A DNA stretch of 64,000 nt from the NCBI RefSeq assembly GCF_000315625.1, contig NW_005434663.1, forward strand, positions 248,001 to 312,000, in the 5' to 3' direction. A model generated the notes under the pieces. It was not told the DNA's origin. It did not search any database and was given only the letters and a program-made list of their open reading frames with translations. This DNA is from Guillardia theta CCMP2712. Taxonomy: Eukaryota; Protista; Cryptophyta. Positions 58,501-64,000 of the stretch are shown in pieces. Within the stretch, counting starts at the first letter, position 1. The number at the start of each line of letters is the position of its first letter. Both the position numbers and the translations under genes were made by a program.

Positions 58501-60011
58501 CCTCGTGCAGCCTGCTCCAGGTTCCCTATCCCTGCCTCCCATGTGTCACCTGAGACTCGACGCAGGCACAACCAGCAAGGATCGAGTACGACCAGCAGAC
58601 AGTGGACAGCACAGGCTCACGAGCCGCGAATCTTCAAAGGGGGAGGAGGGCTTCGTAGACGCTGAGGGCCCTGAGACGAGTTCGCAAGGGCACTATAGAG
58701 ACGCTTTCATAGAAGAAGCTGAGGAGAGTGACGGCGACGAGCTGGACACGAAAGGTATTCCCGGCTCTTGGGGGACTCTGAGCTCACAACCTGCTTCAGG
58801 TATCCTGATGGAACAGACCCGCGCATTGAGCGAGGAGCTGCAGAAGGCAAAACAGCGGGAGCAGGAGCTTGAGCAGCGTCTGGCGAGACTAGAAGCAAGC
58901 GCCGTGAAGGGGGGGAAGGAGGAGGCCAAGGTTGAGGATGGAGCGAGGGCGAGTCGAGCGGGAGTTGACCGCGCAGAGAGTCAGGAGAGCAGCAAGACCT
59001 TCTTCGGTCTTCCCGAGATCGGTCTTGACTCCATCGACGAAGACAGCAAGTGGCCTCGCAGCAAACCTGCACACCACCTGCTCGTCCACGCCAAGCCTCC
59101 GCTGCCATCGACCACCTTGAGAGTTCCGTCCAAGTTCCCAGCAGCATGGTCGTCACCGCAGGAGGATGTGGATGAGATCCACGCACTATCCGCGTCTCTG
59201 CGAATTCTGGCCAACAAGTCGAAAGATTCTTCTGGCACTCACTTCTTCCGCTCCGGCACTTCCTTCACTCCCGTTATGAGCGCGTCGGAACAGGCATGGA
59301 GCACACCAGTGGCCACAGACAGCCTCAGACCTGAGGGAAGGAGCCCGTGGGGGGACGCATCACTCGGTCCGAGCGCGAGGAAGAACTCTGATCCCGTACG
59401 GGAGGAGGGGATGGCAGAGCTTTCGGACACGTCTTCGCGGGCATCGTCGCAATCTACGAGGCTCGCTCTCCGTCCCCTCCCAGCGAGGCGGAACAAGCGG
59501 TCTGTCCCTTGGACAAGGCCGATCGATCTCTGACTTGTTCATGCTCAGGCGGACAGGAGCGCAGCAACAGCAGGAGACAGAGAGAGAGGAGGAGCTGGCG
59601 ACACAGTTTCGAGGAGTCAGGAGTGGGTGGGAAGAGGCAGGGACTTCGAAAGGAACTTTCAGCGAGGTGAGACTTGCCTGCTGCTGCTCTTCCCATGATG
59701 ACTCAGGGATGGCAGGAGAGGACAAGGAGAGCTGCTGCTGTTCATGTGCAGAGAGTCTTCCGCGGTCACCTGGCTCGCAAGGTCTGACTCGCTGCTGCTT
59801 GCGGCTCAATTGACTTGTCCTGCAGTGGGTGCATGCGGAGGAGGGATGGGATCTTGTGAGAGAGATCAGGGGGAGAAGGGGAGAAGGGGGGCTTGAGGAG
59901 GCCGTCGCAGAACATGCGAGCAAGAGAGAGGCAAAGGAGGAGAGGGAGGGGGCGAAGGGGAGGAAAGGGGACGAATCTCTGGAGCTGCTGCTCAACGACT
60001 TGGGACTTTGA
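55564..60011 (+). CDS. TPR-repeat protein with a long disordered region and a C-terminal IQ calmodulin-binding motif
   Basis: TPRs LTYNNLGCYFRREG..EALKWL, TFLNLCAVYSLLGKH..AL and AIAYHNIAVEQEYLNRYEDAIRSYQSAL. IQ motif AAAVHVQRVFRGHLARK at 59731-59781. Last exon ends at TGA 60011. Could be split if internal junctions differ. Confidence 0.72.
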
Positions 60012-60225
60012 GAATTAACGGGGGAAACCAACACCTGGCGCTAGTTGTAATGTAGATGAAGATAATTGAATTTCCTGTATAAAGAATCTTGTTAATTGGC
60101 TTCAATAAAATATCAACAAACTTGGCGCGATTCCCTACTCTTCAACCAATCACCGAGATTCAGCGCTTACTCATTCAACGTCTAGTGTAACGTCCAACAA
60201 CGCCCCGTGTAACGCCTCAAGTCCA

Positions 60226-62055
60226 TCAGTTCACCTCATACACAGGCTCGAAGTCCTCCACGTACGGCTCCTCATCGAGAACAACCCCCGAGGCGCCTCC
60301 CAACGAGCCAGCCGGGACAGACAGGCGAAGGCTGGGCTGCATGGTCTGATCGATCTCCCGCTCCTCAGCTCTCTCCAACGAGATCTCCCTCCTCTCAGCT
60401 GCAGAGATGTCTTGCTCGGCGGCCATGTGAGCGGCCTTGGGGTCGGAGAGGATCTGCTCAGTATTCAAGCGAGCTTGATTGAGAGCGCTGACGACCAAGT
60501 TGGTCTTAGAGACTTGGTCGTGGGCAGCAGCCAACTTGCGCTTCAAGGCGGTGAGCGGCTCAGAGATACCTCTGTCAAGAGCCAACACAAGCTCGGAGAT
60601 GTCCCTCGATTCCGTCTGGCCCTTGAGCATCCCGATCTGAGACTTAGTTGCCGTGGACGTGCTGTTGCCAGTGCTGTTCCCACGAGGGATGCCAGTGGCC
60701 TGAGCCGCGACCTCGTCGAGGTACTTCTTCAGCGCCTCGTAGTCCCCAGCTGCGATGTATCTCATGTGCTCTGGAGCATCTTGAGGGAGGTTTCCGTAGG
60801 CAGTGAAGGCCATGTCCCTTAGGTCATCGAGCTCCTTGATCATTGCGTCATCGGAGCTGCTGCTCAGACTCTGGGTCAGGACGGCCTGAGCCGCGGGGAT
60901 CTGAGCCAACATGGTCTCAGGCGCCTTGAGGTTCTCGATCTGCACTCCGATGCTGTTGTCCTTGACGTAAGACCCCTGGTAGTTCCTCTCGTGATCAGCG
61001 TCGGTGCGAAAGGTGCGGTGGAGGCTCGGGGAGGGGTTAGACACCCAGTTGTGCATCTCAGCGTCGTCTTTCTGCTTCGACAGCCACTGGATGGGATGGT
61101 AACCTCCGTGGCTCTCCTTGAACCCAGTGAAGTGATCGTCGTTGGCTGCCGCGTTCCACAGCTGCTGGAACCTTGCCGCCTTCACCGGTGCCAGCGCCAC
61201 CTTGTGGTGCTTGACCGCACCCGGCTCACCCTGCTCGTGCATCCACTTCAAGGGCTCGTAGTCCATGTGCATCTTGCTGGTTATGTGTGCATGTTTGCGC
61301 CGGGTCTTGAACTCAGGCGACTTTCTCGCGATCTCGTCCATGTCCGAGGGATGCAGGTGCCCGATGTTTCTCAGGGTGATCTCGTCGTTGTGCGCAGCAT
61401 TCCACAGCTTCTGCATGCGAGACTTGGTGGAAGTGCTTGGCACCTGCTTCTTCACCACCCTCTTGCGCCAAACTTGCGCTGCTGCCTTCTTCGCTGCAGC
61501 AGCGCTGGGGTCAGGGAACGACTTGCGAAGTTCCCTGGTCTCCCACGCCTGCACCTCAGCAAGGGCCTTGGCCTTCTGCTGGGCAGAAAGCTGGGGGTAT
61601 CCAGGGCTCTTCTGGAGGAGAACCTGAGAAACCTGAGGAGAAGAGACGCTCAGCTGCGCTGCATGCGCTTTGCGCTTCGGAAGCCCAAACTGGTCCCTTC
61701 CGTCGTTGTAGTCCTGGACCCAGCCCATGGAATGAGCATAGAAGCGGGGATAGCCGTACATGTATCTCTGTCCGTCTGCAGGCGATGCTGCAACTCGTCG
61801 TGCAACTTTCTTGCCCATGCTGGACGCCTTCTCGTCATCCGCCGCTGCATTCCACATAGCGGTATGCCCATCGTCGTTCTTGAAGGAGAGGCCCTTGGTG
61901 GAACCGTCCTGCTGCTCAGCCTGGGTGATGAAGTCGATCTCAGCAGAAGTGACGAGAGAAGAAGTCAGAGGAGGGCGAGAAGAGGAGTGAAGGAGGACAA
62001 GGAGGACAAGGAGAGCGCCGCTCATGCATGGCAGCAACAGCTGCCGAACCAGCAT
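60226..62055 (-). CDS. Intronless secretory-pathway protein with repeated WNAAxxD modules (putative polyprotein precursor)
   Basis: Single ORF with strongly C/G-ending codons; signal or anchor MLVRQLLLPCMSGALLVLLVLL from ATG 62055; three internal repeats; C-terminal coiled coil. Confidence 0.8.
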   Translation of the reverse strand: MLVRQLLLPCMSGALLVLLVLLHSSSRPPLTSSLVTSAEIDFITQAEQQDGSTKGLSFKNDDGHTAMWNAAADDEKASSMGKKVARRVAASPADGQRYMYGYPRFYAHSMGWVQDYNDGRDQFGLPKRKAHAAQLSVSSPQVSQVLLQKSPGYPQLSAQQKAKALAEVQAWETRELRKSFPDPSAAAAKKAAAQVWRKRVVKKQVPSTSTKSRMQKLWNAAHNDEITLRNIGHLHPSDMDEIARKSPEFKTRRKHAHITSKMHMDYEPLKWMHEQGEPGAVKHHKVALAPVKAARFQQLWNAAANDDHFTGFKESHGGYHPIQWLSKQKDDAEMHNWVSNPSPSLHRTFRTDADHERNYQGSYVKDNSIGVQIENLKAPETMLAQIPAAQAVLTQSLSSSSDDAMIKELDDLRDMAFTAYGNLPQDAPEHMRYIAAGDYEALKKYLDEVAAQATGIPRGNSTGNSTSTATKSQIGMLKGQTESRDISELVLALDRGISEPLTALKRKLAAAHDQVSKTNLVVSALNQARLNTEQILSDPKAAHMAAEQDISAAERREISLERAEEREIDQTMQPSLRLSVPAGSLGGASGVVLDEEPYVEDFEPVYEVN

Positions 62056-62827
62056 GGTATGAAGAGCCGCGGGGTTAACCGGTATCGTACCCCTTTCAAG
62101 AAAGCATGATATGTGGGGTAGCCAAGCATGAATTGTTGTACTTGGAACGCTGTCAAGGTACCGGTACTCCATGACCCTGAAGGAGGTGACTACCCCACTA
62201 TTCTCATAACTTGAAGATGATTAGGGGGTAGGGGTGCAAAATTGAGTGGTCGACGGGGGGTAGTGAACTGAAAGAATGCGTTGACCCCATACCTCTTGAG
62301 AGCGAAGGACATGGCGTGATGGCGACAATGGCGAAGCTGCTGCTGCTGGCAGCGCTGGCGGCGATGATGGCGAATTATGGTGAGATATGATACAGAGGAA
62401 AAGGAAGAGGAAGATGTGTCAGAGATCTGAGGAGGGGAGGGGAGAAAAGTAGTCAAAATGAGGGGAGAGGAAAGCCGGCAGGGGAGTTCAGTGAACTGGC
62501 TGGTAGCGTTTCTGGCTAGAAAGATGTGTGTGGAAACGTTCAAGGAGAAGGTCTTTTGAGAAAATGGAAACAAAGATTCCTGTCCGAGCAAATCATATGA
62601 TATATCATCTGAGATTCTCCAAAAATCTCCTGAGATGAATCTGATTGATTAAGTTCGAAATTTCACGATTTCACGATCCATGGTGGCTTGAGAACCATGC
62701 TTGCTCGTCTAAGTCCTTGTTTGTGACCCTGTCTGCCATCTGCTATCTTGCACCTTGTGCTGTATTTCGTCCTGACCTGAGTTTGGTCCTACTCTCGTTT
62801 CTTTCCTCATGCAAATGATTTGTTGCT

Positions 62828-64000
62828 GTGGTTGTCTTTAGCCCCTTTCTTGCTGCTATCAAAGCCGGCACTCTGAGATTTTTCGCAGTTTCATCCTTTG
62901 AGTGTCGCTCGATGGTGCCAACCAGCGGGGACCCCTTGAAGGGGAGCTTCCTCTACGGTCACATTTATTGGACAAGGACGGCTGCCAATTCGGTTGACTT
63001 TGTTATCATCATCGCGGTGAAGAGGAGCATCTCAGTGGCAGCATACCAGAGCGCGGCAGTTGGAGATGCGGTCTACCTTCAGGGGAAGGAGCCGCCGGAG
63101 TTTCTCTTCGGAGACTCCACTGTCGCGCAGAACCTCAAGATGGTGGTGACCGACGTGTCGCTGTCTGAGGACTGGCTGCAAGGTGAGGTCAGGCTCTCGC
63201 ACTCGTACGCCACTCCGACCAACGGGGGGAAACCATGGAACGCACAGCTGCTGGGGTGCTGCCGGACGGGGGCGGTGAAGAACAACGCGAACCTCGCGTA
63301 TGCCTTGAAGACTGAAGTGAACCTGATCCAAGTGTGGAGGTCTGTGAAGGCCGTGACGCTCCCCTACGTCACTGTGGTGTGTGACTTCAGCACACCGCAG
63401 CCCAGCAACTGCACCTCCTTCTCACTTCCTGTGGCAAGTGGGGAGAACGGAGAATGGCAGGTGACGCCCCCGTACAACGTGGGTAACGCAGCAGCCTTTG
63501 AGGCCAGCCAGCATTCCAAGCTGTCAGTGACCGCAATCTCGGCTGATGGCGCTGTCTGCGACAGTCAGCAGAGCTCTGGGAAGGCCTGTCTGATCGATCT
63601 TTTAACGGCCCAGCTGCCGAATTCAGCCATCACGGTTGAAGGTTGGGTGATGATCACCCAGGAAAGTGGGGGATATGTTTTCTCGAGCTCGAACTCATCG
63701 ACGGGAAGAGCTACGATGTAAGCTTTCAATTTGAGCCTTCCGGTACCTTGTACTCACATCTTGCCAGGTTTGTACATATCAATTCTACTCATGTCAAGGT
63801 CGGGCATGAGAGCCTTACTGACACGACTTCTTACACCTCAACGTTTGTGATTGGTAGAAATGTCACCATGCAATGGGTTCACATTACTGTTGTAAGGGTC
63901 CACAAGCCATGCTCAGGCTCAACTTTGTCCTGCTGCACGTCGTCAACCAATACTGTTGAATACGAGGTGTACGTGAATGGCGTGACTGTGTTTACTGTTG
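62828..64000 (+). CDS. Partial (3'-truncated) probable extracellular protein: N-terminal 'GHIYW...FGD...GCCR' domain followed by a LamG/ConA-like domain
   Basis: GSFLYGHIYWT, FLFGDS, SHSY, LLGCCR..V.NN, then SAITVEGWVMI...GYVFS (LamG-type). The gene continues past an intron near 63717 toward the window end. Start uncertain. Confidence 0.6.

Noticed and set aside
60991-62109. 372-aa ORF on the + strand
   Set aside because: Antisense shadow of the codon-biased minus-strand gene; no domain and a non-ATG start.
1-64000. tRNA, rRNA, transposase or reverse-transcriptase genes
   Set aside because: No recognisable motifs by eye; tRNAscan-SE, Rfam and RepeatModeler would be needed to exclude them formally.

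Overview
Gene-dense eukaryotic nuclear DNA with about 18 intron-rich protein-coding genes. Introns are mostly 40-65 nt, GT-AG, with CTGAC-like branch sites and GA/CT microsatellites. This style and the gene content suggest a cryptophyte such as Guillardia theta (inference; no search run). I spliced gene models by hand, so internal exon borders are approximate. Recognisable genes: GW2/DA2/Sip5-type RING E3 ligase, TIM50, a WW-domain protein, a myristoylated Clu-domain plus LRR protein, a DDB1/SF3B3/CPSF1-family propeller protein, a cNMP-binding K+ channel (TVGYGD filter), a B-box formin, complex I subunit NDUFA2, cryptochrome DASH, SRFR1/TTC13, ARMC2, a kringle-SAM methyltransferase-FN2 fusion, RPL7, a TPR-IQ protein and a partial LamG-type protein. 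The best candidate for an undescribed system is an intronless secretory precursor (60226-62055, minus strand) with three WNAAxxD modules, each directly behind a shared (R)x[Q/T]x[L/M] motif. That motif also punctuates a second secretory protein (5302-6179), which suggests prohormone-like polyprotein processing. Non-coding patterns include TACCCC/GGGGTA clusters marking most intergenic or promoter regions, a TGTAAC array with about 11-bp spacing upstream of TIM50, and two related CCGG-rich elements. No rRNA, tRNA, CRISPR array or autonomous transposon was seen.
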